From an uncultured virus (IMG/VR IMGVR_UViG_2124908030_000016) (Duplodnaviria > Heunggongvirae > Uroviricota > Caudoviricetes), in the IMG/VR virus record IMGVR_UViG_2124908030_000016: a stretch of DNA of 35,618 bases, one strand, 5' to 3'. The first letter of the stretch is position 1. Every line of letters starts with the position of its first letter. Positions 8,499 to 18,304 of this stretch are shown here, piece after piece. A program made the position numbers and the translations under genes. The notes under the pieces are model-generated. The model saw only the letters and a program-made list of their open reading frames with translations, searched no databases and had not been told where the DNA came from.

Positions 8499-9647
8499 AT
8501 GATGGAAACCGTACCCGTTCAGACAGAAAAGCAGCTTGCGAATGATGAACAGCTCGTCGAATACGAGGAAGCAACCGCACAGTCGCGGGCGAGTCAAGAG
8601 GAGGTCGCAGAGGACTGGCTGCGACTGGTCTACGCAGACAGTAATCAGTCAAGCAGGCGTGCCGGTGTCATCTACACATCGGGATACGAGGCAGTACAAC
8701 ACGAGAATCCACGAACCGGTCGTGTCGAGTGGAACCGGCAGGTCGAAGCCGTCCGAACGGAGACGGGCCTCCTTCTGACGAACAATAACTTCGATTCCAC
8801 TGGAGGGCGGTTTGGCTCGAGTCACCGCAACCAGGTTCGTCGTGTGCTCTATCGCAGAAGCCGATCGTGGGAGCCCGACATCCCAGAGTACACGCAGGTG
8901 AGTATGGACCTCCGACTGGTCGAGGAGTTCATCAGTCAATTCCAGATGGACGTCGAACTCGAGGAGATAGCCCACATCAAGAACGAACGAGCGGACTATC
9001 TAATCACGTTCACCGACCACCAGCAACTGTTCATCGGAGACGATGATACAGCCCGGCGTGATCGCGATGGCCGATTCGGATTCATCGTCGACGGCGGTCG
9101 TGCGCCCAGCATCGAGGACGCCCTCAATATGCTGGTCCCCGACCCAGTCCAGCGCGCTCAGGCCAACGGCACGGACGTCGAGCGTCAGGGTGAGTGGTTC
9201 CTCATCCCAGCAGACGACGGCCCCGAGAGTCGCATTCAGAAGCCCGGAATGGGGTCCAAGCCCTACGGAGCAAGCCCGCTGGACAGCCACGTTCCACGAG
9301 ACTGGGCAACGATCAACAACGAACAGGTCATCATCGACGAGATCGCACACCAGGACGACCTCGAGCTCGCCGGTGACACCACACCCGAGGAGTTCGCAGA
9401 CGAGATCGACACACTGCAAGAACTGCTGGAGTTCTTCAAAACGGGGCAGTATCACTACCGCTCGGAGTTCGGCATCGAGGAACTCCGTGATCGACTCCAG
9501 GACGAGCTGTTCATCCGAGGCTCGGTCCGACACCGCGACAACGAGCACTACCAGCTCACCCTGGACGACTGGCATCGCGCGTTCACTCACGGCGTCGAGG
9601 TCATCACCGTCGACGACACTTCGTTGATGCGAGTGCGCTTCGACTGA
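8499..9647 (+). CDS. hypothetical protein with phage-type RQG(E/D)W..H..H..EH motif
   Basis: VERQGEWFLIP..SHVP..RGSVRHRDNEHYQLTL; 382 aa. Confidence 0.75.
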   Translation: MMETVPVQTEKQLANDEQLVEYEEATAQSRASQEEVAEDWLRLVYADSNQSSRRAGVIYTSGYEAVQHENPRTGRVEWNRQVEAVRTETGLLLTNNNFDSTGGRFGSSHRNQVRRVLYRRSRSWEPDIPEYTQVSMDLRLVEEFISQFQMDVELEEIAHIKNERADYLITFTDHQQLFIGDDDTARRDRDGRFGFIVDGGRAPSIEDALNMLVPDPVQRAQANGTDVERQGEWFLIPADDGPESRIQKPGMGSKPYGASPLDSHVPRDWATINNEQVIIDEIAHQDDLELAGDTTPEEFADEIDTLQELLEFFKTGQYHYRSEFGIEELRDRLQDELFIRGSVRHRDNEHYQLTLDDWHRAFTHGVEVITVDDTSLMRVRFD

Positions 9648-9652
9648 ACACA

Positions 9653-9874
9653 ATGACAGACTGGTACGTCGAGGGACCAGGACACACTACTTGGGGCCCG
9701 TACACCTACGATGACGCCGAGGTCATTGCCCGTGCCTACGCACACGAGGCAGACGGTGAGCGGTCAGTCGGACTGTTCGCACACCAGACAAGCGTGTACT
9801 CGAAGATCTACGACGAGGAACTGCCACCAATGCCAGACACAACTGACGTGTCACTGCCCTGGGCTAACAGATGA
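9653..9874 (+). CDS. hypothetical protein
   Basis: 73-aa ORF coupled to the next gene. Confidence 0.65.
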   Translation: MTDWYVEGPGHTTWGPYTYDDAEVIARAYAHEADGERSVGLFAHQTSVYSKIYDEELPPMPDTTDVSLPWANR

Positions 9875-10392
9875 GAGTCTGTGAGAGCTGCCAGGAGCGC
9901 TACGACGACGAGGACCTGATATACGACCCAAACGTCATCACCTGTCGATGGTGTCGCGTGCCGTGGGACATCACTGACTACCCCGAAATACTGGGAGAAA
10001 ACGAGGTGACTGTTCAAGACCGCGGTGGGTACAGGAGGATCAGGAACAAGATTCGGATTGCTGGCATCGACGAGACAGCACACGCAATCTACGTCGACGA
10101 GATCGAGAACCGGCTCACGAAGATCGCTCCGAAGCACGGAGCCCGGTCACAGTACAGTCGAGATCCAACAGGAAAGCGATCGGTGTCGTATCAATCGCCA
10201 CACCCAGAGCCGAGGAGATACAGGACGTGGCCAACACTCCCAAACGGCGACCACCTCGTCGTCGTCGGCGCACAGAAGGGAGCGCAAACGAGCACGCTGC
10301 TGGAAACGTGGATGGGCGAGTGGCACGAACTGAACGCGTTCTACGAGCGACAGTGCGACGTCCCCGACGAGACAGACGTCGTCGAACTGTAG
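9871..10392 (+). CDS. hypothetical protein with N-terminal Cys4 ribbon
   Basis: CESC..CRWC; ATGA overlap. Confidence 0.7.
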   Translation: MRVCESCQERYDDEDLIYDPNVITCRWCRVPWDITDYPEILGENEVTVQDRGGYRRIRNKIRIAGIDETAHAIYVDEIENRLTKIAPKHGARSQYSRDPTGKRSVSYQSPHPEPRRYRTWPTLPNGDHLVVVGAQKGAQTSTLLETWMGEWHELNAFYERQCDVPDETDVVEL

Positions 10393-10468
10393 CCCCGTAG
10401 GGACGACGATTCGATGTCAGACAGATCAATTCCGCAGTCCTGACTAACTGATATGGCTAGCAAACAGC

Positions 10469-11248
10469 TTGCAACGACGACCAGCGACGGCTGTACTGTC
10501 CATCCACAGAGATGGACCGGTGCGACACACGACACCGAAAGGCTACGAGTTTGCCGACCGCGTCGAAATCAAGCAGATAACAAAGCAAACGGCAAACGAG
10601 GTCTACAGACATCACCACAGTTACTGTGGGCCGATTACTGGTCCGGTGTTCAACGAGGGCTCACACGGAATCTACTACCGAGACCAGCTCTGTGGTGCAA
10701 TCTCGTACAACTTCGGGCTGGGAAAGTGCCTCAGTCTGACGTTCACCGAGAACGGAATCACAAGAGATCAAAGCAACGGTATCACCAAGAACATCTGTAA
10801 AGGCGGAAACATCGTCGAGGTCGATCGTATCTGCATCGGAGTGGACTTCCCGAATTTGGCCAGCTGTGCGTTCGCAAAGAGCCAGGATACGTTCATCCGC
10901 AACAGTCGGCAGGGCCCAACGTTCGACACGACCACGAGCAACGTCGACTTCCTGATGACGTTCGTCCGTATCGACCACACTGGGTCGATGATTAAAGCAC
11001 TCTCAGACAAGGGCTGGGAGCTCGTCGGCGTTCAAGAGCCGGACGCAAGCGCATCAAACCGAGATGCACGCGAAATCAACGAGTGGGGCAAGACCCGCTG
11101 GATAAGACCAATCGGAGACGCCCACAGTCGAGTTCGAGACTGCCCGTGTCCCGACGAGAAGATCATCGAACACGGCAAGTCGTACTTCTGTACAAACTGC
11201 CGAGCCTGGTACGGCCACCTCGGCCACGACTGGGCCCCCAACAACTGA
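10469..11248 (+). CDS. Mom-family (GNAT-fold) DNA adenine-modification-like protein
   Basis: HHSY, GIYYRDQLCGAISY, EVDRICI, NLAS, DHTGSMIKA..GWELVG follow the Mom/XF1762 motif order; true start may be ATG 10453 with a frameshift. Confidence 0.6.
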   Translation: MQRRPATAVLSIHRDGPVRHTTPKGYEFADRVEIKQITKQTANEVYRHHHSYCGPITGPVFNEGSHGIYYRDQLCGAISYNFGLGKCLSLTFTENGITRDQSNGITKNICKGGNIVEVDRICIGVDFPNLASCAFAKSQDTFIRNSRQGPTFDTTTSNVDFLMTFVRIDHTGSMIKALSDKGWELVGVQEPDASASNRDAREINEWGKTRWIRPIGDAHSRVRDCPCPDEKIIEHGKSYFCTNCRAWYGHLGHDWAPNN

Positions 11249-11326
11249 CCGTTTCTGCGCGACATCGCACTAACCCGCGTCGACTCCCGATAGTCGTCGA
11301 CGGAGTTATGTGCGTGTCTCGCATAC
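11249..11326 (+). repeat. hairpin element, copy 2 (subtype beta)
   Basis: Starts directly after TGA 11248; TGCGCGACAT..TAAC..GTTA..GTGTCTCGCATAC. Confidence 0.95.
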
Positions 11327-11345
11327 TTATCAGGTAGCGAAGAAA

Positions 11346-11747
11346 ATGAACAACAGACAGCAGAAGATCGTAGAGGCACTCGATCAACTCTCGATGCCAG
11401 AGCCACCAGACGTCGATGATGGGCTGTGGTACTGTGACCGAACGAGTCCAGACTACTGGCGATACAGCGTACCAGACGTCGACGGACCAGCCAAAGACGT
11501 CTGGCTCGAGACCGAGGTCGGCCGAGACAATGCCGGCGTACTCCAGGTCAGGGCTGATGTCGTGCTGTTCGACATACAGGGACTGTTCGAGCTCGAACGG
11601 CGAGCAATCGTCAGTCAGCAATTCGACGGTCACCAACCCCGAGAACAAGCGTTCATCCTGAACGCCCCGACCTATCAGCAACAGATCAACGACGGCGCCA
11701 TCGAATTCTACGAGCAGGCAGTCAGCAACGCACACACCCACCGATGA
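11346..11747 (+). CDS. hypothetical protein
   Basis: First ATG after the repeat; acidic. Confidence 0.7.
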   Translation: MNNRQQKIVEALDQLSMPEPPDVDDGLWYCDRTSPDYWRYSVPDVDGPAKDVWLETEVGRDNAGVLQVRADVVLFDIQGLFELERRAIVSQQFDGHQPREQAFILNAPTYQQQINDGAIEFYEQAVSNAHTHR

Positions 11748-11935
11748 ACTACGAGTACATCATCTCCGAGAACGATGCAGAGAGCGCACGAGAAGCATTC
11801 GCCGAGACGCGGTTCGGCGACAACGAAGTCACTGACACACACGTCTACGACGAGAACGTGACGGGTGTGTTCTTCGAGTCAGACGAAGCGATCGACCACC
11901 GACTGGTCATCTGTACCGACGAACTGGAGGACTGA
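11744..11935 (+). CDS. hypothetical protein
   Basis: Coupled on both sides; acidic. Confidence 0.7.
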   Translation: MNYEYIISENDAESAREAFAETRFGDNEVTDTHVYDENVTGVFFESDEAIDHRLVICTDELED

Positions 11936-12540
11936 TGCACCAGCTCATCCGCGTCGTCGTGGCAACGAGAAGCAACGAAGAAGCAACTAGTATCGCCGGA
12001 GGCCTGTTGAAAGGCAGCGACGCACCACTGTTCGGCCCGTTCGACTACGGCACAACGATGGACGCGGGTGGACGATGGTCTGACTCGATGCCCGAGGTCG
12101 TCCAGGAGACTGGTTCGATTCGCGCCGACACCGAGAAAGGTCGCGAGCTCATCGAAACTGCCTGGACCAAGCAAAACAAGCGACTCAAGCGTGAGTTCGA
12201 CGCCCTCAAAGAGGCCTTCGAAAACGACGTCACCTTCGAGCAAGTCCTCAGCGACGCACGAATCGAAGGTGTCGACATCGAGCAGTACAACCCACTGGGA
12301 CTAGCACAATCCGAAGACGAGCTCTCCGAGACATACTCAACCAGCATCAGGTACGCAATGAGTGAACTCGGCTCGTACAGAGGGCCTGCAATCAATCTGT
12401 ACAATCAGTACGGAACTGGCATCCGACAGCCAGACCAGTACCGAGGACTCATCAGCAATATCGAAGAGGGGACCGGGCAGTACGAAGAACTCTCCGAAGA
12501 GAGTGACTGGTACGTCGCACCCGTCGACGTCCACTACTGA
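11935..12540 (+). CDS. hypothetical protein with FDY..GGRW and terminal VDVHY motifs
   Basis: 201 aa; coupled on both sides. Confidence 0.75.
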   Translation: MHQLIRVVVATRSNEEATSIAGGLLKGSDAPLFGPFDYGTTMDAGGRWSDSMPEVVQETGSIRADTEKGRELIETAWTKQNKRLKREFDALKEAFENDVTFEQVLSDARIEGVDIEQYNPLGLAQSEDELSETYSTSIRYAMSELGSYRGPAINLYNQYGTGIRQPDQYRGLISNIEEGTGQYEELSEESDWYVAPVDVHY

Positions 12541-12836
12541 TGGACGTCGAAGAGCTCCCGTATGATAATTTCCCCGAGTGGTACCCAGACGAGGCCTACA
12601 GCTGTCTGCTCTGTGGACAACAGGGAAACAGTAAGCACAGCGCGTCAATCAACGAGTCCGCACTCTCTCCGTGGAGTAACCTCGCAGACGTCGATCCTGA
12701 AAAGCACGTCGCGTGTCTGCGAGTGCTCAAACAGCTTGGAGAAGGGGAGATCCATCCAAGCTGTCTCAACGAGCTCGTCGATAACGGCTCAATGGTCGAC
12801 CCGTTCGTGTTCGAGATACGCTTCAAATCGAAGTAA
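12540..12836 (+). CDS. hypothetical protein (CxxC, HxxC)
   Basis: TGATG coupling; stop abuts repeat copy 3. Confidence 0.65.
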   Translation: MDVEELPYDNFPEWYPDEAYSCLLCGQQGNSKHSASINESALSPWSNLADVDPEKHVACLRVLKQLGEGEIHPSCLNELVDNGSMVDPFVFEIRFKSK

Positions 12837-12913
12837 CCGCTGGTGCACGACACGGCACTAATCCTTCCGGCTCCTGATAGTCACCGGAAGAAATATGTGC
12901 GTGTCGCGCATAC
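12837..12913 (+). repeat. hairpin element, copy 3 (subtype gamma)
   Basis: Directly after TAA; TGCACGACAC..CTTCCGG..CCGGAAG..GTGTCGCGCATAC. Confidence 0.95.
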
Positions 12914-12928
12914 CTTAACCTGACGTTA

Positions 12929-13636
12929 ATGAAAGTAACCTACATCAACGATACAGTCGCAGAGTTCGTCCGCATCCCGGACATCACCAATCACCAGGAG
13001 TTAGCCATCGTTGGCTATCTACTGTTCCAAGGCCCACTGGACGGAACGAGTCTCGGTGGACTGTTAGACTCCAAACGTACGGACGTCCAGGAGAACATCG
13101 AGCAGTTCAAAGAACGAGAGCGCAAACTCGAGATCAAGAAGATTCACGAGTACATTCGTGACCCACGGGTGTATGTCGTCTCGCGGTTCGAGGACGAATA
13201 CGACACCAACGTGCTCGAGTCCGAACGGACAGGCAACTACAAGATCGTCCGTGACGACGAAGTACGGCCACTGTACCGAGATCCAGCGTACAACGAGCAC
13301 CTCCGGGTCGAGGCACAGTCGGTCTACAAAACCGAGGATGGAGACTGGAACGAGCGCAAACTCCAGACAGTTGCAACAGCCAGCTTCCAGGTCGACGAGG
13401 CGTTCGACGCTCTCGGTCGCTGGGCCGGTGACGACGTCCGTCTCGTCATCGACCCCGAGAGCGACGACCTCGACGGTACGGAGATCACAGACAGTGTCAC
13501 CAGAGAGATGACGAGGGTGCTGCCCGACCAGTTCCTGGTCAATGGCACCGAGGTCCTCACGCCCGATATGGTAATGACTTCGGGTGACGGTGACGGTGGC
13601 GAGAGCGAACAGGAACCTCCAGAGCTGTTCCAGTGA
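12929..13636 (+). CDS. hypothetical protein
   Basis: 235-aa acidic ORF starting 15 nt after the repeat. Confidence 0.75.
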   Translation: MKVTYINDTVAEFVRIPDITNHQELAIVGYLLFQGPLDGTSLGGLLDSKRTDVQENIEQFKERERKLEIKKIHEYIRDPRVYVVSRFEDEYDTNVLESERTGNYKIVRDDEVRPLYRDPAYNEHLRVEAQSVYKTEDGDWNERKLQTVATASFQVDEAFDALGRWAGDDVRLVIDPESDDLDGTEITDSVTREMTRVLPDQFLVNGTEVLTPDMVMTSGDGDGGESEQEPPELFQ

Positions 13637-13932
13637 TGCTCGACAGAGAAGACGAAGTCAGAGCACAGCTCGAAGAGGCATCGGACACCGCGGTGGTCGA
13701 ACTACGTGTCGAACTCCAGGCGTGGATCCGTGACCACGCACGGAGGGTCGACGACGGCGTCTACCACGCCACGGTTCCAATCGACGACCTGAAGCACAAT
13801 GGCAAGTGGCTCGTCGACGGCGGTCCAAACCACTTCGTCAGTGACGGACTGAAAAGCCACTCAGAGATGCCCGTTCGGGTCCGCGACTGGCAGGGACCGT
13901 TCCGCATCAAGGTCGAGTCAATCGATGACTGA
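13633..13932 (+). CDS. hypothetical protein
   Basis: GTGA overlap. Confidence 0.7.
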   Translation: MMLDREDEVRAQLEEASDTAVVELRVELQAWIRDHARRVDDGVYHATVPIDDLKHNGKWLVDGGPNHFVSDGLKSHSEMPVRVRDWQGPFRIKVESIDD

Positions 13933-14030
13933 TCACAGAGACAATCGTTCGGGCAACGTCGAAGGAGTCGCATTCCGTAGCCTACCGGGGCTACTGCAAT
14001 ACGACCGACTCAACGGAGTGAACACAGCCG

Positions 14031-14297
14031 ATGACTGAACGCTGGATAGACGCCCACTCAGTAGGGTGCGTGCTCTGTGGCGGGATGGCCGACGAGCGCC
14101 GAACGGTCAACATCTGGCCCGATCAGATTCCTGAAGGCAGTGCGATCTGGCAGGAAAACCCAGAGCGAGCACAGCTCATCAAAGACATCGCAGACACTGC
14201 CGGGTGTGGCGAAGCACACCCGGAGTGTTTCGACATCACACTCGAGAACGGCCTCGACCCGACAGGCGTCGACCTGGAACCACGTGATCACCGATGA
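14031..14297 (+). CDS. hypothetical protein (CxxC..HxxC)
   Basis: CVLCG..HPEC; pattern similar to 12540-12836. Confidence 0.7.
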   Translation: MTERWIDAHSVGCVLCGGMADERRTVNIWPDQIPEGSAIWQENPERAQLIKDIADTAGCGEAHPECFDITLENGLDPTGVDLEPRDHR

Positions 14298-14767
14298 ATG
14301 ACCCCAACGTCACCAGTTGTCCACACTGCAACGAGGATGTCGACACACTGGACGATCCAAGCATCAAGTCGTTGAGTCGACTCAACGACAACGAGATGGA
14401 AGTCGCAATCAGTGGCAACTGCCCGTCGTGTGGAAGAGCAGTTATCACAGGGGGGACGACGAGTATGGTCAGTATCCCATCGTGGGACTTCGAGCTCAAG
14501 AAAACCCATCACAACGATTACGACCAACAGCACTGGCTCGACGCCGATCCGTGCCCCCACTGCGGATCACTGTTGTTCAACGTCGCACTAAGCGCAGAAG
14601 CACAGTTCGTCGGCGCAGCTGGTCAGTGGAAAAACGAGTTCGAAGAAAACGGTGGGACCATCGACCGTTCACTCAACCAGGCAGACGACGGCCCGTGGAT
14701 CCAGTCTGTCACGTTCGTGCGCTGTTCGAACTGTGAGACGGTTCTGTACGACGAGGACGACGAATGA
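14294..14767 (+). CDS. double zinc-ribbon protein
   Basis: CPHC, CPSCG, CPHCG, CSNC. Confidence 0.75.
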   Translation: MNDPNVTSCPHCNEDVDTLDDPSIKSLSRLNDNEMEVAISGNCPSCGRAVITGGTTSMVSIPSWDFELKKTHHNDYDQQHWLDADPCPHCGSLLFNVALSAEAQFVGAAGQWKNEFEENGGTIDRSLNQADDGPWIQSVTFVRCSNCETVLYDEDDE

Positions 14768-15054
14768 CCGATGAAACGATCACCATCGAGCGCATCGAAG
14801 CGGACAACGACACGCCCGAGTCCTGTCCCGAGTGTGAATGCCCGACTATGTCGATGATCGCAGTCGACGACTCGATCGGTCGCTACAGCGATGGGCACTG
14901 GAGCGAGTCAAACTGTCTGGTCCTCGACAACATCGGGCTCAGGTGTGCGGACTGCTTCGAGCCTATCTGGTCCTCGAAGAAAGCACAGGCACTCGAGTTG
15001 ATCGACGACGCACCGGACGACGCGACCATCACCATCACGGTAGACACCCAATGA
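14764..15054 (+). CDS. zinc-ribbon protein
   Basis: CPEC..CADC; ATGA overlap. Confidence 0.7.
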   Translation: MTDETITIERIEADNDTPESCPECECPTMSMIAVDDSIGRYSDGHWSESNCLVLDNIGLRCADCFEPIWSSKKAQALELIDDAPDDATITITVDTQ

Positions 15055-15230
15055 CAGTAGACACCCACCCTGACGCACCAGAACCGGCAGTCCGAGACGC
15101 AGAGTGCCTTCACGAATACGCCGTCAACGAACTCGGTCACAGGACCTACGACGTGCTGTTCACCGCCAACAGCGACGGCTCCATCGACGGAACAATCGAA
15201 GAAGACGTTGCGATGAACGACAACCAATGA
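15051..15230 (+). CDS. hypothetical protein
   Basis: MTVDTHPD..; ATGA overlaps on both sides. Confidence 0.6.
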   Translation: MTVDTHPDAPEPAVRDAECLHEYAVNELGHRTYDVLFTANSDGSIDGTIEEDVAMNDNQ

Positions 15231-15385
15231 CAAAGAAAGAAGCAACAGTCACGATGCGGTTCGAGTACGACAGCCGGAACTTCGACGAGTTCGACGACGA
15301 GATGATCAAGCGGATGGTCCAAGACACAATGCTGGACCACCCGGAGATCGTCTACGAGTCGATCGAAGTCGATGAGGTCGATTGA
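15227..15385 (+). CDS. hypothetical acidic protein
   Basis: MTKKEATV..; ATGA overlap. Confidence 0.6.
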   Translation: MTKKEATVTMRFEYDSRNFDEFDDEMIKRMVQDTMLDHPEIVYESIEVDEVD

Positions 15386-16037
15386 TTTGGGGCAGTACTT
15401 CAGAGCAGTATGCCCCCAGCGCAAGGAGTACATCTCGCTTCCTAGCGGGATGAAGGTCATCGAGCGCCTGACGAGCGCAGAGTCGATGGTTCGGCTCGCG
15501 TTCCTGCTGTACGACCACGACGCACCAGATGACTACTACGACCACTACGGACGCTGGGCCGGCTCCGATGCCCGACTGGTCGGTGACTACGACGACTCGG
15601 GACTGTACAACGAGCCGGATCCAACAGTCACGGTCGCTCCCCTCAGCAACCCGAAGCTGATCAAAGAAGACACCGAGAGCACAACGGCGCCGAACCGACA
15701 CAGCGTCACGGAGAACTGGACGGTCACTCTGGACTACGCACGATCGCCACTGATCAAGGGCAGTTGGAGCTGGCGTGGCCCAGGGAGCTTCTCCTGTTCG
15801 CATCCTGGCCCCAAGCACCCAGATAGTACGTTCACCGTGGGCTCGTACGTCCAGCTCAGAGACAACGACGACGACAGGCTCGAGGAAGACACCGTCGGCG
15901 TCGTGATGTCCATCGAGAACGACTGGATGGACATCACAGACCGCGTCGAGAACGAGATGGAGGCCCTCGTCGACAGCGAGCTCTACGAGCAAGACGACGC
16001 GAAGCTGATGCCCCGACGAATCATCGGCGAGGCCTGA
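15372..16037 (+). CDS. hypothetical protein
   Basis: 221 aa; acidic. Confidence 0.65.
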   Translation: MRSIDLGQYFRAVCPQRKEYISLPSGMKVIERLTSAESMVRLAFLLYDHDAPDDYYDHYGRWAGSDARLVGDYDDSGLYNEPDPTVTVAPLSNPKLIKEDTESTTAPNRHSVTENWTVTLDYARSPLIKGSWSWRGPGSFSCSHPGPKHPDSTFTVGSYVQLRDNDDDRLEEDTVGVVMSIENDWMDITDRVENEMEALVDSELYEQDDAKLMPRRIIGEA

Positions 16038-16039
16038 CG

Positions 16040-16246
16040 ATGATCATCGACGTCGCTCCACCAGTTGGGTCGGACGAGAAAGACAGGATCATCTTCGCAG
16101 TGAAGAAGACGTACTTCGTCGACGACGACCTCCACGCCGAACACGTCGCCGGGATGAAGACGATTGTGTCGAGCCACAACGGCGAGAAGCCGACCATCGC
16201 GCTCAGCTACGACAACGAAGAGGTCTTCGAAGATGAGAACCAGTAA
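16040..16246 (+). CDS. hypothetical protein
   Basis: 68 aa; adjacent to the upstream stop. Confidence 0.6.
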   Translation: MIIDVAPPVGSDEKDRIIFAVKKTYFVDDDLHAEHVAGMKTIVSSHNGEKPTIALSYDNEEVFEDENQ

Positions 16247-16463
16247 CCCACGCACCAACATCCAGGTCAGCATCCAACCACAACCTGGCTTCGGTGGAAA
16301 GTACCACACATTCCAATACGTCGAGCGAGTCCATACCGTCGACGCCGAGCTCGTCGTCAAGTACGCACCACCAGAGGGGACCTACGAGGTCCTGGAAGAG
16401 CGCTTCGACGCGAAGACGATGGAACTCTGCGAAGTAACGACCGTCGAACAACCCCCGCGGTAA
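16233..16463 (+). CDS. hypothetical protein
   Basis: MRTSNPRT..; stop abuts repeat copy 4. Confidence 0.6.
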   Translation: MRTSNPRTNIQVSIQPQPGFGGKYHTFQYVERVHTVDAELVVKYAPPEGTYEVLEERFDAKTMELCEVTTVEQPPR

Positions 16464-16541
16464 CCGTTTCTGCGCGACACGGCACTAATTCTCCCGACGT
16501 CCCTTCGGTCGTCGGAAGAAATATGTGCGTGTCCCGCATAC
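16464..16541 (+). repeat. hairpin element, copy 4 (subtype gamma)
   Basis: Directly after TAA; TGCGCGACAC..CCGACG..CGTCGG..GTGTCCCGCATAC. Confidence 0.95.
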
Positions 16542-16564
16542 TTCAGACACGGAGTTAGCAACTG

Positions 16565-18289
16565 ATGTCTACAGATGCACGTCGCACTCGAATCGAAGGT
16601 ACGGATGATCTGTTGCGGTCTGTCATCGTTGACCAGGCCAGCGACATCGAACACTCGTGGCGCGAACTGGTCCAGAACGGACTGGACTCGCCATCGGCAA
16701 CCCGCGTCGAACTCGACTGGGACCACGACAAGACGGTCTACCACGACAACGGTGGTGGGGTCGACCTCTCGGCCCAGCGCGGACAGGACCTACTGACCAA
16801 CCTCGGCGAGTCTTCGAAGAATGCCGAGGACGACGAGAGCATCGGCGAGTTCGGCATCGGCAAGGGCCAGTACCTGGCCAAGGGTCGAACAGCACTCATC
16901 GACGGTGACGACGCGCTCCTGTTCGACGTCCAGGGCGAACTGGGGCTGGACGTCGTCTGCGTCGACACTGACGACCTGGTCGAGCAGGCCAACGAGCTGA
17001 CCGGTAACGGCAAACTCAGTCAGTACGTCCAGGACGCCCTCGAGACGTACGGCCGGAACGGGATGACCATCGTCCTCGACCACTACGGCGACGAGGTTCC
17101 CGACTTCGACTACAAGTGGAACAGTCACCAAAGCGCCATCGAGAAGCGGTTCAAGTTCGCCGAGATCGCGACTGCGACGAAGGTGTACGTCAACGACGAG
17201 CGGATCAGCGACTTCTCACCGGGTGGGGAGGTCGAACACAAGTACACCCACGCCGAGGAGTTCAGCGACCCCGCGACTGACCTCGAGCGCGCCCACATCG
17301 CCGTCGGCCACAATACGGGTAGCGACCTGGGTGTCTACTCCAACGGCGTCTACGTCTGCGACGTCGAAAGCCGAGGACTATCCGGTGTCATCGTCACCGA
17401 GGGCAACCTCCGGCTCAACTTTGCGCGCAACGAGATCAAGTCCGGCTGCCATCGCTTCACGGCCATCGAAAACCGTCTCGAGGAGATCCGCCTCGACCTC
17501 TACTCCTCGATGCCGGACAACCGGCTCACGCTCTCGTCGCGCGACTTCCTGGCAGAGCAGCTACTCGATCACGGCAACGAGGAGTTCGTCGACACGGAGC
17601 TGTTCAAGACCATCAACGGTGACCACGTCTCGCTCGCAGACGTCAAGAGCCGGAGCAGTGTCGCCAGTTCCCGTCCCGGCAAGGGTGCCGGTGACAAACT
17701 GTCCGAATCCCTCGGGATGATCGTCCTCAGCGAACTCGATGACGCCACCGGGCGCCTGCTCGAGGTCATCGAGGTCGACGAAGTCAAGAGCAACACCGAG
17801 GACGACCAGAACAGCGGGACTGAGGTCGACATCGACATCGACGTCGAGGACGCAACGGAGAAGGCCGAGTCGATGGGACTCCACACCAGCTACGAGCGTT
17901 TCGGGATGGGCGACCTGAAGCCCGTCCAGCGCACCAAGCTGGCGATCGCCCGTGAGATGGCCGACCGCATCGAGGACTACGACCGCGAGATCTACTACGG
18001 CGAGTCCGACGTCGCCAAGTCCTGGACCGACGCCAGCACCTACGTCACCATCACAGACTCCTCGACGTCCAGCAACGCCTGGCAGGTGTACGCCCCCGAG
18101 CTGTGGCGACAGCTGGTTCACGAGATGGCTCACGTCACCTCCTCGAAAAAGGAGTCCGACCACGGATACGAGTTCAACCGACGCTACCGGAATCTGAACG
18201 ACGACCAGCACGAAGTTCTCTCAGAGGTCATCCAGGACATCCGCGACCGTGGGCTGGACGCCGTCAAGCAGAACGCTCCCAAGTACTGA
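16565..18289 (+). CDS. GHKL (Hsp90/MORC-like) ATPase with C-terminal HExxH metallopeptidase-like motif
   Basis: RELVQNGLDS (N box), DNGGG (G1), GEFGIG (G2), GMT; C-terminal LVHEMAH..HGYEF. Confidence 0.85.
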   Translation: MSTDARRTRIEGTDDLLRSVIVDQASDIEHSWRELVQNGLDSPSATRVELDWDHDKTVYHDNGGGVDLSAQRGQDLLTNLGESSKNAEDDESIGEFGIGKGQYLAKGRTALIDGDDALLFDVQGELGLDVVCVDTDDLVEQANELTGNGKLSQYVQDALETYGRNGMTIVLDHYGDEVPDFDYKWNSHQSAIEKRFKFAEIATATKVYVNDERISDFSPGGEVEHKYTHAEEFSDPATDLERAHIAVGHNTGSDLGVYSNGVYVCDVESRGLSGVIVTEGNLRLNFARNEIKSGCHRFTAIENRLEEIRLDLYSSMPDNRLTLSSRDFLAEQLLDHGNEEFVDTELFKTINGDHVSLADVKSRSSVASSRPGKGAGDKLSESLGMIVLSELDDATGRLLEVIEVDEVKSNTEDDQNSGTEVDIDIDVEDATEKAESMGLHTSYERFGMGDLKPVQRTKLAIAREMADRIEDYDREIYYGESDVAKSWTDASTYVTITDSSTSSNAWQVYAPELWRQLVHEMAHVTSSKKESDHGYEFNRRYRNLNDDQHEVLSEVIQDIRDRGLDAVKQNAPKY

Positions 18290-18304
18290 CAGGACACACG
18301 ACCA

